Shown here: positions 1-10,197 of the stretch, in pieces
Layout of the letters: each line of letters begins with the position of its first letter
How positions within the stretch are numbered: the first letter of the stretch is position 1
Origin: an uncultured Gammaproteobacteria bacterium
GTDB taxonomy: Bacteria; Patescibacteriota; Microgenomatia; Daviesbacterales; UBA10151
Length of the DNA: 64,000 bases
Reading direction: 5' to 3'
Assembly (NCBI GenBank): GCA_964649615.1
Contig: CAZYPW010000003.1
Span: forward strand, 30,132-94,131
The notes under the pieces: model-generated
Databases searched by the model: none
Told to the model about the DNA's origin: nothing
Seen by the model: only the letters and a program-made list of their open reading frames with translations
Translations under genes and position numbers: made by a program

Positions 1-339
1 CCCTTAAGGCGGGGAGTAGTTGGTATTGCTATAGCTTATTTTGGTTTTAAACCGCTAAAAGATTACAGAGGTAAAAAAGATTTGTTTGGCAGAAAGTTCA
101 TAATGGAAACATCAAATTTTCCAGACAGCCTGGCAACAGCTGCAGTTTTAGAGATGGGAGAAGGGAAAGAAGGAAAACCGATTGCCATAATAGAAGATAT
201 TTTAGATTTGGAATTTATCCAAAAAGAATTTAGGCCAAAATCAAAAGATGATGCTTTTGAAATTCCTGAAAAGATGGATATGTTTTATCCGCTGCTTTCT
301 TCTGTTAAGTGGAAGAAAGGCGGGAGCGGAAAAAATTAA
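1..339 (+). CDS. Partial (5'-truncated by window) CofE-like F420-0:gamma-glutamyl ligase family protein, C-terminal part
   Basis: ORF is open from base 1 in frame with the 82..339 ORF. Motifs GVVGIAIAYFGF and SLATAAVLEMGEGKEGKPIAIIED resemble the CofE family C-terminus. Confidence 0.4.
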   Translation, partial: PLRRGVVGIAIAYFGFKPLKDYRGKKDLFGRKFIMETSNFPDSLATAAVLEMGEGKEGKPIAIIEDILDLEFIQKEFRPKSKDDAFEIPEKMDMFYPLLSSVKWKKGGSGKN

Positions 340-1231
340 CAGTTTCTCTTAGGCCTTCATCTAAATTCACTTTTGCATTCCAGCCTAATTCTTGTTTTAT
401 TTTTTGTGATGATGCAACAAGTTTGCTAACATCCCCTTTTCTCTCACCCTTATCCTCAATTTCTACATCATATCCTACTATTTCAAAGATTTTTTTTACA
501 ACATCAATCACTTTAACTCCTGTCTCTGTCCCAACATTATATATATGCAGCCCTTCTTTAGATAAAGGTAAGATATGGGCAGATGTTAAATCATTAATAT
601 AGATAAAATCTCTTATCTGTTCACCCTTCCAAAAAAGTGGGATAGGTTTTTTTGCCAAAGCAGCTTTTATAAAATTTGGTATAGCATGAGTTTCAGGAGT
701 ATGCAGCTCCCCTGGCCCATAAGGATTAAAGTAACGCAGGATTATGACATCAAAGCCAAATATCTTATGATAGAGTATGCAAAATTGCTCCATGGATACT
801 TTAGTCAAACCATAAGGATTCTCCTGTTCCCCCAGAGGGTCATCCTCCAAGATAGGTGTTTTGGTTGGAGTTCCATAAACACAAGCACTGGAGGAAAAAA
901 TAATTTTTTTAACATTAGTTTTTCTCATTGCCTCCAAAAGCTTAACAGTTCCCAAAATATTATTTTCTGCAAAGATAACTGGTTGTTTGACAGATTCCCC
1001 AACTTCTATAAAGGATGCCATATGGATTACTGCGTCATGCCCGGGCAATATTTTTTCTAAATCCTGCTGGTTTAGTAAATCTATCTTATGAAAAGAAGCC
1101 CTTTTATCTATTAAATTTTGATAACCTTTGGATAAGTTATCAACTATGGTAACTGAATGCCCGGTGTTGAGTAAAAGCTCGCAAACATGCGAGCCAATAA
1201 ATCCTGCCCCGCCTGTAACTAAAATTTTCAT
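305..1231 (-). CDS. galE: UDP-glucose 4-epimerase (NAD-dependent epimerase/dehydratase, SDR family)
   Basis: N-terminal Rossmann motif MKILVTGGAGFIGSH. 308 aa and overall GalE-like sequence (YxxxK region, NPYG). Confidence 0.8.
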   Translation of the reverse strand: MKILVTGGAGFIGSHVCELLLNTGHSVTIVDNLSKGYQNLIDKRASFHKIDLLNQQDLEKILPGHDAVIHMASFIEVGESVKQPVIFAENNILGTVKLLEAMRKTNVKKIIFSSSACVYGTPTKTPILEDDPLGEQENPYGLTKVSMEQFCILYHKIFGFDVIILRYFNPYGPGELHTPETHAIPNFIKAALAKKPIPLFWKGEQIRDFIYINDLTSAHILPLSKEGLHIYNVGTETGVKVIDVVKKIFEIVGYDVEIEDKGERKGDVSKLVASSQKIKQELGWNAKVNLDEGLRETVNFFRSRLSST

Positions 1232-1276
1232 ATTTTAAACAATTTTAGCATAATGATATTATGTTAGATACTTTTA

Positions 1277-2800
1277 ATGTTTAATATAAAAACTATTCAT
1301 CTTTTGTTTTTAATTTTTGCTGCTTCTTTACTAATAAGATTTTTATATTTTCCAGAAAATATCTATTTTGGTTATGACCAGGCCAGAGATGCTTTTGCCA
1401 CAGCTGAAATTTTATCTGGGAATTTAAAAGTAGTTGGCCCTCCAACTACATTTACTGGTTTGAACCACGGAGTGCTATATTATTATCTTTATTCGCCATT
1501 TTATTTTTTAGACAGTGGAGATCCTTCATTTCCTGCAGCTTTCTTAAGAATTATTAATGCCACGGGTATTTTTTTAGTTTTTTTATTAACATCAGTTTTA
1601 TTTAATAAATATGTAGGTTTAATTTCGAGCCTACTGTTTGCTTTTTCTTTTGAACAAACCCAATTTGCCCTTTACTTAAATCACCCATCTTTAGCTGTTG
1701 TAAGCATCTTGATAATGTATTTAGGATTAGCACTTTTGATATTTAAAAAAAAGAGACTAGGGCTTATAGTTGCAAGTTTGGGTTTAGGGTTATCTATCCA
1801 ATTTGAATTTATTTTAACTTATTTAATTGTGCCTTTTATTGCCATGCTAATCTATCTTAGAAAAGAAATAAAGATTAACTTAAAAGATATTCTGGTTGCT
1901 ACTTTAGTTTTTTTACTGAGCATATCAAGTTTTATAGTGGGTGAGTTTAAATTTGGCTTTACGTCTTTTCAATCTCTCCCTTCTCTTTTTTTGGGAGCTG
2001 AAAAATCTATTAGTAATATATTTGCAGGATATATATATAGCATAGATCAGATGATTAGGTTTAATTTTGGCTTGCACCAGCATAATTTTTTGTTTGTAAT
2101 TGCTTTACTTGCTTTTCTAAAACTACTTTTTTCAAAAGTAAAAAAACAAATGATCTTTTTGGGTTTTTGGTTTTTTTCTGTTTTCTTAATATATATTGTT
2201 AGTGGTGGAGGAGATAGCAGTTCATCAGTTGTTCAATATCATCCAAATGTGGGGACTTCAATTAGTTTATTAATTTTTATTTCTTACCTAATCTATAGTC
2301 TATTTTTAAAATCCAGAGTGCTTGCAGCATTAGTTCTAATTATAATTATTGGCTTAAATCTATCAATGATTTTAAAATTTAACCAAACAGGCAGTATAGC
2401 TGAAATTAATGCCCAATCAGGGATGCTTTTATCAGATGAAAAAAAGGTCTTAGATTTTATCTACCAGGATAGCCAAGGCAAACTATTTGCTGTCAAAGCC
2501 ATCACCATGCCTTTTTATATTAATACTACCTGGAGTTATTTATTTGAGTGGTATGGATTACAAAAATATGGATATTTACCCATTTGGGGTGGGAAAAATG
2601 CCTTAGGCTACGGGGGTAATTTAGTAGTAGAAACAGCCCAGGACAAATTACCTGATATTCGTTTTCTAATCATAGAGCCTATTAGAGGTATACCCCAACA
2701 TCTTATCAATGAATTTTTAGAAGAGGAAAGTTATTTTAGTGATATACTTCTAGACATAAAAATTGGTAAATTTACAGTACAAAAAAGAATTAAAAAATAA
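1277..2800 (+). CDS. Polytopic membrane protein, putative GT-C fold glycosyltransferase (ArnT/PMT-like)
   Basis: Many predicted TM helices. First-loop motif YFGYDQARDAF...GPPTTFTGLNHGVLYYYLYSPFYF is shared with the GT-C domain of the 18326..20506 fusion protein. Confidence 0.5.
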   Translation: MFNIKTIHLLFLIFAASLLIRFLYFPENIYFGYDQARDAFATAEILSGNLKVVGPPTTFTGLNHGVLYYYLYSPFYFLDSGDPSFPAAFLRIINATGIFLVFLLTSVLFNKYVGLISSLLFAFSFEQTQFALYLNHPSLAVVSILIMYLGLALLIFKKKRLGLIVASLGLGLSIQFEFILTYLIVPFIAMLIYLRKEIKINLKDILVATLVFLLSISSFIVGEFKFGFTSFQSLPSLFLGAEKSISNIFAGYIYSIDQMIRFNFGLHQHNFLFVIALLAFLKLLFSKVKKQMIFLGFWFFSVFLIYIVSGGGDSSSSVVQYHPNVGTSISLLIFISYLIYSLFLKSRVLAALVLIIIIGLNLSMILKFNQTGSIAEINAQSGMLLSDEKKVLDFIYQDSQGKLFAVKAITMPFYINTTWSYLFEWYGLQKYGYLPIWGGKNALGYGGNLVVETAQDKLPDIRFLIIEPIRGIPQHLINEFLEEESYFSDILLDIKIGKFTVQKRIKK

Positions 2801-2808
2801 AAGCCAAT

Positions 2809-4329
2809 ATGAATTCTGTTAATAAATTAATTTTAATAATTTTATTTATAGGGGTTTTATTTAAGCTAGCATTAACTGGGAGTGGCAGCTTTTTGTTTAA
2901 TATGGATAATGCTAGAGATTTAGTTGATGTGAGAGAAATGGTGGTTTTACAAAAATTAAGGTTAATAGGCCCAACTTCTGCCATTGAAGGGTTATTTAAC
3001 GGGCCAGCCTGGTATTATCTTTTGGCAGTGCCAATTATTCTAAGTAATGGAGATCCTTACTCTACTATTGTCTTGCAAATTGTCCTTTGGGCAGTGGGTG
3101 GGTTTTTCCTTCTAAAAATTGTTTCAAAGTGGAATAAATTATTAATACTGTCAATTGGCTTTTTATGGGTGGCATCTGATTATATAAATTTAGCTACTTC
3201 ATATGCATTTAATCCAAATCCGCTCACTTTACTAAGCCCACTTTTTATATATCTTTTATATAAGTATTTGGAAACCAGTAAATTATTTTTTATTTCATCT
3301 GCTTTTTTTCTGGGCGGATTATTTTTTAATTTTGAGATGAATTTTGGAATTTTTATCCCAGCAATTATTTTTACAACTATCTTTATTTTAAACAAACAGC
3401 TTTTAAAAACAAAATCTTTTTGGATAGGTTCTTTATTTTTTATTGCCTGTTTGCTGCCACAGCTGATGTTTGAGCTAAGGCATAATTTTTTTATGGCCAA
3501 CTCTGTAATTAATTTTTTAAGAAATAGTGAAACACCTTTTTTTAATATCTTTATCAGGTTTCAGTCTTTAACAGATAGTTTTTTCAGTGTATTTTCAGCC
3601 ACTCTAATGAATCATAGGACACTTAGTTTTCTGATTCTTTTACTTTTTATTCCCATCCTGACCAATCTTATAAAGCAAAAACAAATGGATAAAATTGCCT
3701 TAATTTCTTTAATATACATCTTTCTGCCATTTTTCCTTTATCTTTTCCTGCCAGTCACAGTAAATGCCTGGCATTTAGGCGGGCCAGCATCAGCAGCAAT
3801 CATCTTGATAGGATTTTTATTTAAAAAACTCTGGGAATATAATTTAGTTGGAAAAGCTATATCTTTAACTCTTTCTATCATGATCTTTTGGTATGCAATC
3901 TTTGGGATTGGTAAGTTTATCTTTCAGGATAGGTTTACTGCTAACTTAGACCCCTCACTTTATAAAAATGAGATAGCAGCTATAGATTATGTCTATAAAT
4001 ATGCCAAAGGTGAAAATTTCAAAGTATTTGTGTTTATGCCTTCAATCATAGATTATCCTTACCAATACTTATTTTGGTGGTATGGAAAAAAAGAATATGG
4101 ATATATTCCTTATGAATATGCTTATGCTCCCAATAAGCCCCAATATATTAGCAACAAAGATAAATTTGAAGGAAGTAAAGAAAATTATAAAGGATTAGTC
4201 TTTTTAATTAAGGAACCCAATAGGGGCTTTAATTATAAAAGTGGTTGGGAAGCAGACTATAGATTTATGGAGCTTATTGCTCAGAACAAAGTAGGTAATC
4301 TAGAGATAGAGGTTAGGAAGGAATATTAA
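2809..4329 (+). CDS. Polytopic membrane protein, putative GT-C fold glycosyltransferase (paralog of 1277..2800)
   Basis: Same architecture, length (506 vs 507 aa) and first-loop motif (FNMDNARDLVD...GPTSAIEGLFNGPAWYYL) as the neighbouring gene. Conserved C-terminal YGY.P motif. Confidence 0.5.
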   Translation: MNSVNKLILIILFIGVLFKLALTGSGSFLFNMDNARDLVDVREMVVLQKLRLIGPTSAIEGLFNGPAWYYLLAVPIILSNGDPYSTIVLQIVLWAVGGFFLLKIVSKWNKLLILSIGFLWVASDYINLATSYAFNPNPLTLLSPLFIYLLYKYLETSKLFFISSAFFLGGLFFNFEMNFGIFIPAIIFTTIFILNKQLLKTKSFWIGSLFFIACLLPQLMFELRHNFFMANSVINFLRNSETPFFNIFIRFQSLTDSFFSVFSATLMNHRTLSFLILLLFIPILTNLIKQKQMDKIALISLIYIFLPFFLYLFLPVTVNAWHLGGPASAAIILIGFLFKKLWEYNLVGKAISLTLSIMIFWYAIFGIGKFIFQDRFTANLDPSLYKNEIAAIDYVYKYAKGENFKVFVFMPSIIDYPYQYLFWWYGKKEYGYIPYEYAYAPNKPQYISNKDKFEGSKENYKGLVFLIKEPNRGFNYKSGWEADYRFMELIAQNKVGNLEIEVRKEY

Positions 4330-4744
4330 AATTAATTTCTATTCTTCGTTTGTCTTTTGCTATTTTGTGGATTTTAATCTTGAAAGCATTTTTGGGAAGA
4401 GTTTCTAATTTTTCCGCCCATTCAATTACTACTATATTATTAGAGTCTGAGAAAATCTCTTCCAAACCAAGACTCAAAATATCCGATTTTTCTTCCAGGC
4501 GGTAAAGATCGATATGAAAGAGATTTTTTGTACTATTGGGAATTTGATGTTGGCGGATTAAGATGTAGGTTGGAGAGATAATTTTTTCTTTAATACCTAA
4601 ACCTTTAGCAAAGCCTTGAACAAAAGTAGTTTTTCCTGCCCCCAATTCTCCGCTTAGAGCAATAATTCTTCCTTTTAATTCTTTAGCCAGTTTAGCTGCT
4701 AAATTTTTAGTTTCTTTTTCAGATTTTGTAATTATCTTTGCCAT
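4313..4744 (-). CDS. tsaE: tRNA threonylcarbamoyladenosine (t6A) biosynthesis ATPase TsaE (YjeE family)
   Basis: Walker A GELGAGKTTFVQGFAKGLGI. ~143 aa, typical TsaE size. Confidence 0.8.
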   Translation of the reverse strand: MAKIITKSEKETKNLAAKLAKELKGRIIALSGELGAGKTTFVQGFAKGLGIKEKIISPTYILIRQHQIPNSTKNLFHIDLYRLEEKSDILSLGLEEIFSDSNNIVVIEWAEKLETLPKNAFKIKIHKIAKDKRRIEINFNIPS

Positions 4745-5892
4745 AAATTTATTCCTTTATTTTTTAAAACAATATAGCTAAGAATTGTTACTCCTGCAAC
4801 CATCATCATAATTCCAGTAATAGAAAAAAGATTGATACCTTTACTGCTTTTGTCTTCAGTTTTAATTCCAGCTACAGTTGCTATTTCATTATCTTTAGAT
4901 AAATTAGATGGGGAAGGAGATAGGGTTTTAGATGGAGAAGTGGCAGTTGGGGCAGGAGTAGCAGATTTTGTTGGAATAGGGTTGTTTTGAATAGTGGGTT
5001 GAGGAGTAGAACTAGAATTTATTTTAAGATTGCTTTCATTACTCCAAGTAGGTCCTGAACCAGATGATGTTAATCTGCCTACTTTAAAAGTGTAATCGCC
5101 AGATCCTTTAAAATCCTTGTCATTAATATCTGGTTTCACTTCTAAATTACCATTCCAATTACCAGTAGAATCTGTAGTAATTTTGTATTGATCAGAATAT
5201 TCATCTCCATACTCAACCCAGTCAGAATTTTTGGTTAGCCCAAAATATCTGGTTCCATCTGCTAATTTAAAAGCACCTTTTAAGTAATAAATAGTGCTGG
5301 GATTATTAGGAATTGATAAAGTTACTTTAACACTAAAGGATTGGTTAGAGTTTATTTGAGATGGGACATCACTTATAGTGAAAGAAGATGTTGAAGTGGC
5401 TGTAGGAGTTGGAGTGGTAGTTGGAGTAGGGGTGGGAGAAGCTGTGGACAATGAACTACAGATAATAGATGATTTTGTTGCATCAATATTAGTTTGCCAG
5501 TTGCCACCGTCAGGCACTCTACTGAAAGTCTTGCTTTGTGTTGTTGAAGTATAGGTATAACTATCGATTTCACCATTTTGATCATCCAAAGAAACAGTAT
5601 CCCCATCATTATTTAAACTAGATCCTGAGAATTCAAAATAACATAAAGAACTAGCTGGAAATAAAACAGATGGGAGAGAATGAGAATTAATATTTCCAGA
5701 AGAAGTTTTTTCTTTAATAGTCCATTGATCAAGATTTACTTCTGATGATGAAGTATTTATTAATTCAACCCATTCTTTTTCTCCAGTTGATGGGTTAGCC
5801 ATAATTTCATTTATTACAACAGTTGCAGCAAAAACAGGTCTTACCCCAATAAAGAGAAATAGGATAGTAAAAACTAGTGGCAGTATTCTCAC
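4732..5892 (-). CDS. Secreted/surface-anchored protein with lamin-tail-domain (LTD)-like N-terminal module, two Ser/Thr/Pro-rich linkers and a C-terminal TM anchor
   Basis: Signal peptide, then VVINEIMANPSTGEKEWVELIN (LTD signature). Low-complexity PTPTPTTTPTPTATSTSS and STPQPTIQNNPIPTKSATPAPTATSPSKTLSPSPS. C-terminal hydrophobic segment followed by KNKGINLWQR. Confidence 0.55.
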   Translation of the reverse strand: MRILPLVFTILFLFIGVRPVFAATVVINEIMANPSTGEKEWVELINTSSSEVNLDQWTIKEKTSSGNINSHSLPSVLFPASSLCYFEFSGSSLNNDGDTVSLDDQNGEIDSYTYTSTTQSKTFSRVPDGGNWQTNIDATKSSIICSSLSTASPTPTPTTTPTPTATSTSSFTISDVPSQINSNQSFSVKVTLSIPNNPSTIYYLKGAFKLADGTRYFGLTKNSDWVEYGDEYSDQYKITTDSTGNWNGNLEVKPDINDKDFKGSGDYTFKVGRLTSSGSGPTWSNESNLKINSSSTPQPTIQNNPIPTKSATPAPTATSPSKTLSPSPSNLSKDNEIATVAGIKTEDKSSKGINLFSITGIMMMVAGVTILSYIVLKNKGINLWQR

Positions 5893-5914
5893 TATCTTAA
5901 TAGTAAATCAAACT

Positions 5915-7081
5915 CTAAAGAATATGCCAATACAAAGTAACAATGCCATTTTGGTGGTCCACCACCACCCCTTTTCCAATAGGACTTCCTCCGGAAATAT
6001 TATAACTACAGGCAGCTTGAGTTGAATAAGCCATACCCTTTTCCGATGCAATTATTGGTTTACCTAAGCCACCTCCACCAAGCGGCGCAATATCTAAACC
6101 TGTATGGGTTCCCAAGAAGTATATTTCACCATACTTTGTAGTAATCCACCAATCTCCTCCCGGAAATCCTTGTAGAGGGGAACCCAATCTACCATCGCCT
6201 AAATAGTTATTTGGGTCAACTCTGTTACCTATGATTCTTCCTCCCTCTACCTTGGCATTTTCAAAAACTTCAAAGTGCAAATGAGGGCCTGTTGAACATC
6301 CTGTTGATCCCATTGCGGCAATAACTTGACCTTTTGTAACAGGACCAATAACTGGGCCAATGTTTGATATAGCTTGGGCAATGGAGACCAGTTCTGCTCG
6401 AAGTTGGGTAATTAGTCCCTGATACTTTGCTTCATCGTTTTTAGTTACCCTAAGTAATTCTTCTTTTGCCTTCTTTTGTTCATCTAATTGTTTTTTATAA
6501 ATTTCTAAATCTTTATTTAATTTCTCTGCTTCTTTTTGCCTGGTTTCCTTATCTTGTTTTTGTTCATTATAAGCAAGTTTAGTGGCCTGCAGCTCGTATA
6601 ATTTTTTCTTGTCATAAGATTGGGCAACCTGGATATATTTAAGCCTTTCTATTAAATCTGCAAATCCATGGGATGAAAAAAGTAGGTCTATGGTGGAGAT
6701 AGCATTGCTGTATTTATAAGTTTGGACAATTCTTTTAAGCAGCAGTTCAGATAAAACATCTAAAGATCCAGAGATCCTATCAATTCTTGTAGATAAATCA
6801 TTAATTTCTCTTTCTAGTTTCTCTATTTTTAAAGTGGTTTCTTCTATTTTTAAGGTAGTAATCTTGGTTTGCCCATCAATTAAATTTAGTTGAGAACTTA
6901 AAGTTCTTTCTCTGCCTCTGGTTTCTTGAAGTTGGCTTTCTAACTTAGCAATCTCTGCTTGCTTGTCTTGTATCTGCTTTGATAAATCATTGGCATCTTG
7001 AGCAGAAACAGTTGGTAGTAAAAATAGGAAGGTTAGTAGAAGCAAAATGATACCTCTACCAACTTTAAACTTTAAACTCAT
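5915..7081 (-). CDS. envC: Coiled-coil M23 family metallopeptidase (EnvC-like murein hydrolase/activator)
   Basis: Signal peptide, long N-terminal coiled coil, C-terminal M23 motif GSTGCSTGPHLHFEV. Located directly adjacent to ftsX-ftsE. Confidence 0.7.
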   Translation of the reverse strand: MSLKFKVGRGIILLLLTFLFLLPTVSAQDANDLSKQIQDKQAEIAKLESQLQETRGRERTLSSQLNLIDGQTKITTLKIEETTLKIEKLEREINDLSTRIDRISGSLDVLSELLLKRIVQTYKYSNAISTIDLLFSSHGFADLIERLKYIQVAQSYDKKKLYELQATKLAYNEQKQDKETRQKEAEKLNKDLEIYKKQLDEQKKAKEELLRVTKNDEAKYQGLITQLRAELVSIAQAISNIGPVIGPVTKGQVIAAMGSTGCSTGPHLHFEVFENAKVEGGRIIGNRVDPNNYLGDGRLGSPLQGFPGGDWWITTKYGEIYFLGTHTGLDIAPLGGGGLGKPIIASEKGMAYSTQAACSYNISGGSPIGKGVVVDHQNGIVTLYWHIL

Positions 7082-7083
7082 AC

Positions 7084-7956
7084 CTAGATCCTCAAATATC
7101 TTCTGACAGCCCCATATGAACCAAGCCCGCCAATAAAAATAGCAACCAAAATACTGGCACCTAAAAGCCCCAACATAAAAAAGAGATTAACAGGTAAAAG
7201 TTTTAACTCACCCAAGTATCCTTGTAGAAAAGGGGTAAAATACCAAATTAAAAGATAAGCGATAATCCAGGAGAATGTGGCTCCTGTTATACCATAAAAC
7301 ACCCCTTCTAAAATAAAAGGATTCCTAATAAAGGAAGGAGAAGCACCCAAAAGGCGCATTATTTCTATTTCACTTCTTTTTAATCTAATTTTAAATCCAA
7401 TAATCATTAGTATCACCAGGATAGAAAAAATCATCAGAAAGCCAACTATTACTCCTCCAATAATTCTGATAATTGAGGTAACTGAGGTTAAAGTTTCCAC
7501 TACATCTTCTGGTACAATTACTTCAGAAACCACAGGTTCTCTTTTTAGGATTTCTGCAATGGGAGTTAAATCATCCGGAGTTTTGGTAGAAACCTCCAAA
7601 GAAGCAGGCAGAATGTTGGCAGTTACCAACTCAAGCAAAGCCGGGTCATTTTTGTTTTTCTCCCTGTAAATTTCTAAAGCTTGCTCTTGAGAAACAAATT
7701 CAGTGCTGGTAACCCTTGTTTCCTGCTTTAGGGCATTTTCTATAGCTGAGATATCCTGGTTGGTGATACCTTCCTTAAAGAAAGCTATTACCTGGGGCTT
7801 ACTTTCAAAATATTTCAAGGCTGCTTGTGAACCCAGGGCAACCAGGATAAAGGTTTGCAGCGCTAAAAAGGTCAAAAACATCACCATACAGGCAGCTATA
7901 GCCTGGAATGGAGTGCGTTTTATATTTCTCCTGGCAAAGGTAATGCTTCTGTTCAT
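7084..7956 (-). CDS. ftsX: Cell division ABC transporter permease FtsX
   Basis: 290 aa, 4 TM with large first extracytoplasmic loop. Directly downstream of ftsE. Confidence 0.8.
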   Translation of the reverse strand: MNRSITFARRNIKRTPFQAIAACMVMFLTFLALQTFILVALGSQAALKYFESKPQVIAFFKEGITNQDISAIENALKQETRVTSTEFVSQEQALEIYREKNKNDPALLELVTANILPASLEVSTKTPDDLTPIAEILKREPVVSEVIVPEDVVETLTSVTSIIRIIGGVIVGFLMIFSILVILMIIGFKIRLKRSEIEIMRLLGASPSFIRNPFILEGVFYGITGATFSWIIAYLLIWYFTPFLQGYLGELKLLPVNLFFMLGLLGASILVAIFIGGLGSYGAVRRYLRI

Positions 7957-8634
7957 TTAACTACTATACTTTCCTTCTTTAGTATCTGCTGCTACTTTAC
8001 CTTTTTTAATGATAATCACTCTTCTTTTTAAAGTATTTACTATCTCTTGATTATGGGTGGCCATCACCACAGTAGTGCCCCAGGAGTTTATTTCATTTAG
8101 AAGCTGGATTACTCCCCAGGCTGTTTTAGGGTCTAAATCTCCTGTTGGCTCATCTGCTAGCAGGATATCTGGTTTTCCTACAATGGCCCTGGCAATGGCA
8201 GTTCTTTGGGCCTCTCCGCCTGAGAGTTGCCTGGGGAAAAGGTTTCTTTTATCCCAAATTTCCACTAGTTTAAGTATATGTTCAACTTGTTTTGCAATCT
8301 CTTCATCTTTTTTATCTAAAACCTCCAAAGCCAGAGCCACGTTCTCAAAAACTGTCCTGTCATCAAGCAGTTTAAAATCCTGAAAGACAATTCCTACCTT
8401 TCTTCTTAAATTTGGAACATCTTTAGTTTTCAATCTGGCAATATCAATATTATTGATAAAAACTTTGCCCATTGAGGGTAATACTTCCCTGGTTAAAATT
8501 CTCAACAGAGTAGATTTGCCAGCACCTGAAGGACCTACCAGAAAAACAAATTCACCTTGTTTTATCTCGATAGAAATGTTATCTAAGGCAAGAGTTTGCC
8601 CATATTTTTTTGAGACTGACTGAAATAAAATCAT
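7957..8634 (-). CDS. ftsE: Cell division ABC transporter ATP-binding protein FtsE
   Basis: Walker A GPSGAGKST, ABC signature LSGGEAQR, Walker B ILLADEPTGDLD. 225 aa. Confidence 0.85.
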   Translation of the reverse strand: MILFQSVSKKYGQTLALDNISIEIKQGEFVFLVGPSGAGKSTLLRILTREVLPSMGKVFINNIDIARLKTKDVPNLRRKVGIVFQDFKLLDDRTVFENVALALEVLDKKDEEIAKQVEHILKLVEIWDKRNLFPRQLSGGEAQRTAIARAIVGKPDILLADEPTGDLDPKTAWGVIQLLNEINSWGTTVVMATHNQEIVNTLKRRVIIIKKGKVAADTKEGKYSS

Positions 8635-8637
8635 TGA

Positions 8638-9081
8638 TCACTTGACTTCCTCAACTTTACCTACATCCATTAACCAGCCTTCTTTTAAGGCTTTTTGAGT
8701 TTCACCATAAACTTTTACTTTTTTGCCTTCATATTGGGACAGATCAACTACAGATGAGGTTAAAGCCACAGGCACTGCACCTTCTCTTTCTAAAATATGG
8801 GTTCCTTCAGTATATTCAGCTGGATTTTTAGGTTGAGATTTAACTTTGATGACTCCTTCTGCAAAATCTCTAAAGGTTTTTGTATCTTGCTGAGCACTTT
8901 TAGGAGCTGTAGCTACACTAGGGACAGCGAGCCCAGATTTTCCTCCACTTCTTGCCATAATCACACCTGAAACAACACCTAAAACTAAAGCTGTACCCAC
9001 AACCAAAGAGAGAAGTTTTACAGGGTCGGAAGAGGTATCAATCAGCTTTTTGGTTATTTTCTCAACATGAGTATTTTCCAT
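8638..9081 (-). CDS. Hypothetical membrane-anchored protein (N-terminal TM, soluble C-terminal domain)
   Basis: ORF of 147 aa with hydrophobic segment LLSLVVGTALVLGVVSGVIMA. No recognisable family. In operon position between prfB and ftsE. Confidence 0.35.
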   Translation of the reverse strand: MENTHVEKITKKLIDTSSDPVKLLSLVVGTALVLGVVSGVIMARSGGKSGLAVPSVATAPKSAQQDTKTFRDFAEGVIKVKSQPKNPAEYTEGTHILEREGAVPVALTSSVVDLSQYEGKKVKVYGETQKALKEGWLMDVGKVEEVK

Positions 9082-9123
9082 ATATTGTCTCCTTATATAT
9101 TAAACATAAATTGAGTACTTTGT

Positions 9124-10197
9124 CTACCCTTTAGTTTTAAGCTCAGCTTCAATAAATTCATCTAAGTTCCCATCTAAAACTGCCTCTGTGTCTGAAGTTT
9201 CCACATTAGTCCGCAAATCCTTTACCATATGATAAGGGTGCAGCACATAAGATCTGATCTGGGTTCCCCAGGAACCTTGGGTATTGTTGCCTTTTAACTG
9301 TTTAGTTAACTGTTTTTTTTCTTCTTCTTGTTTCTGCCACAATTTTGCCCTTAACATCTTCAAAGCATTTTCCCTGTTTTGTAGTTGTGACCTTTCTGTT
9401 TGGCAGGTTACTACAATACCAGAAGGAATATGTTTTAATCTAACTGCCGTTGAAACTTTATTAACATTTTGTCCTCCTGCACCTCCTGATCTAAAGGCTT
9501 CAAACTCCAAATCTGCTTCATTTATTTCTACCTCAGTTGAATCTTCGATAACTGGTAGAACCTCAACTAGAGCAAAAGAAGTTTGCCTTAATTTATCTGC
9601 ATTAAAAGGGGACTGCCTAACTAATCTATGGGTGCCTTTTTCTCCTTTTAAATAACCAAAGGCAAAGCTCTCATGGACTATCATAGAAAAAGTTTTATAT
9701 CCCGCTTCTTCCCCAGGCATTTCATCTGTAATTTCAAAACTCCAATCCTTTTTCTCAAAATATCTTTGATACATTCTGGAAAGCATAGCTGCCCAATCCA
9801 TAGCCTCTACTCCTCCAGCACCGGAATGGACAGATAAAATTGCTTCAGCTTCGTCATGTGGATTTGATAAAAACAGTTTCAGTTCCAGCTGATCCAATAT
9901 TTTACCAAGTTCACTAGTTTCTTTTTTTAATTCTTCCATCATCTCCTGCTCCTGCGAGATTTCCAAAGCATTATTTATTCTGCTTTCCAATTCTTCCAAA
10001 GTTTGGAGCGTCTTTTGTTTGTCTGACAGCTGGCGGCTGACAGCTGAAGACTCATTACGATCATTCCAAAACCCTTCTTTCATAGTCTGTGCCTCAAGTT
10101 CCCTGATTTCTTTCCTTAAGATATCCTGATCCATCTGTTCAGAAATCTTTGTAAATCTTTCTTTTAATTCTTTTAATTTATTCTGTATTTCTTCCAT
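9124..10197 (-). CDS. prfB: Peptide chain release factor 2
   Basis: SPF tripeptide ([10 protein letters not shown]) and GGQ motif ([12 protein letters not shown]). 357 aa. Single continuous ORF with no programmed +1 frameshift site. Confidence 0.9.
   Translation of the reverse strand: MEEIQNKLKELKERFTKISEQMDQDILRKEIRELEAQTMKEGFWNDRNESSAVSRQLSDKQKTLQTLEELESRINNALEISQEQEMMEELKKETSELGKILDQLELKLFLSNPHDEAEAILSVHSGAGGVEAMDWAAMLSRMYQRYFEKKDWSFEITDEMPGEEAGYKTFSMIVHESFAFGYLKGEKGTHRLVRQSPFNADKLRQTSFALVEVLPVIEDSTEVEINEADLEFEAFRSGGAGGQNVNKVSTAVRLKHIPSGIVVTCQTERSQLQNRENALKMLRAKLWQKQEEEKKQLTKQLKGNNTQGSWGTQIRSYVLHPYHMVKDLRTNVETSDTEAVLDGNLDEFIEAELKTKG

Noticed and set aside
309-1060. ORFs 309..602(+) and 686..1060(+) inside galE on the opposite strand; similar antisense/overlapping ORFs elsewhere (5373..5609, 7703..7960, 8057..8383, 9284..9655, 21541..21837, 22136..22585, 24071..24385, 27135..27677, 28139..28472, 48005..48205, 63775..63993 etc.)
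   Set aside because: They are fully embedded in longer ORFs that have strong family-level motifs. They have low-complexity or odd composition and no recognisable domains, consistent with spurious antisense/alternate-frame ORFs in AT-rich DNA.
9124-10197. Programmed +1 frameshift in prfB
   Set aside because: The RF2 reading frame is continuous from its ATG ([15 protein letters not shown]...) through the region aligning to the E. coli shift site. No in-frame TGA with a downstream continuation is present, so this RF2 appears frameshift-independent.
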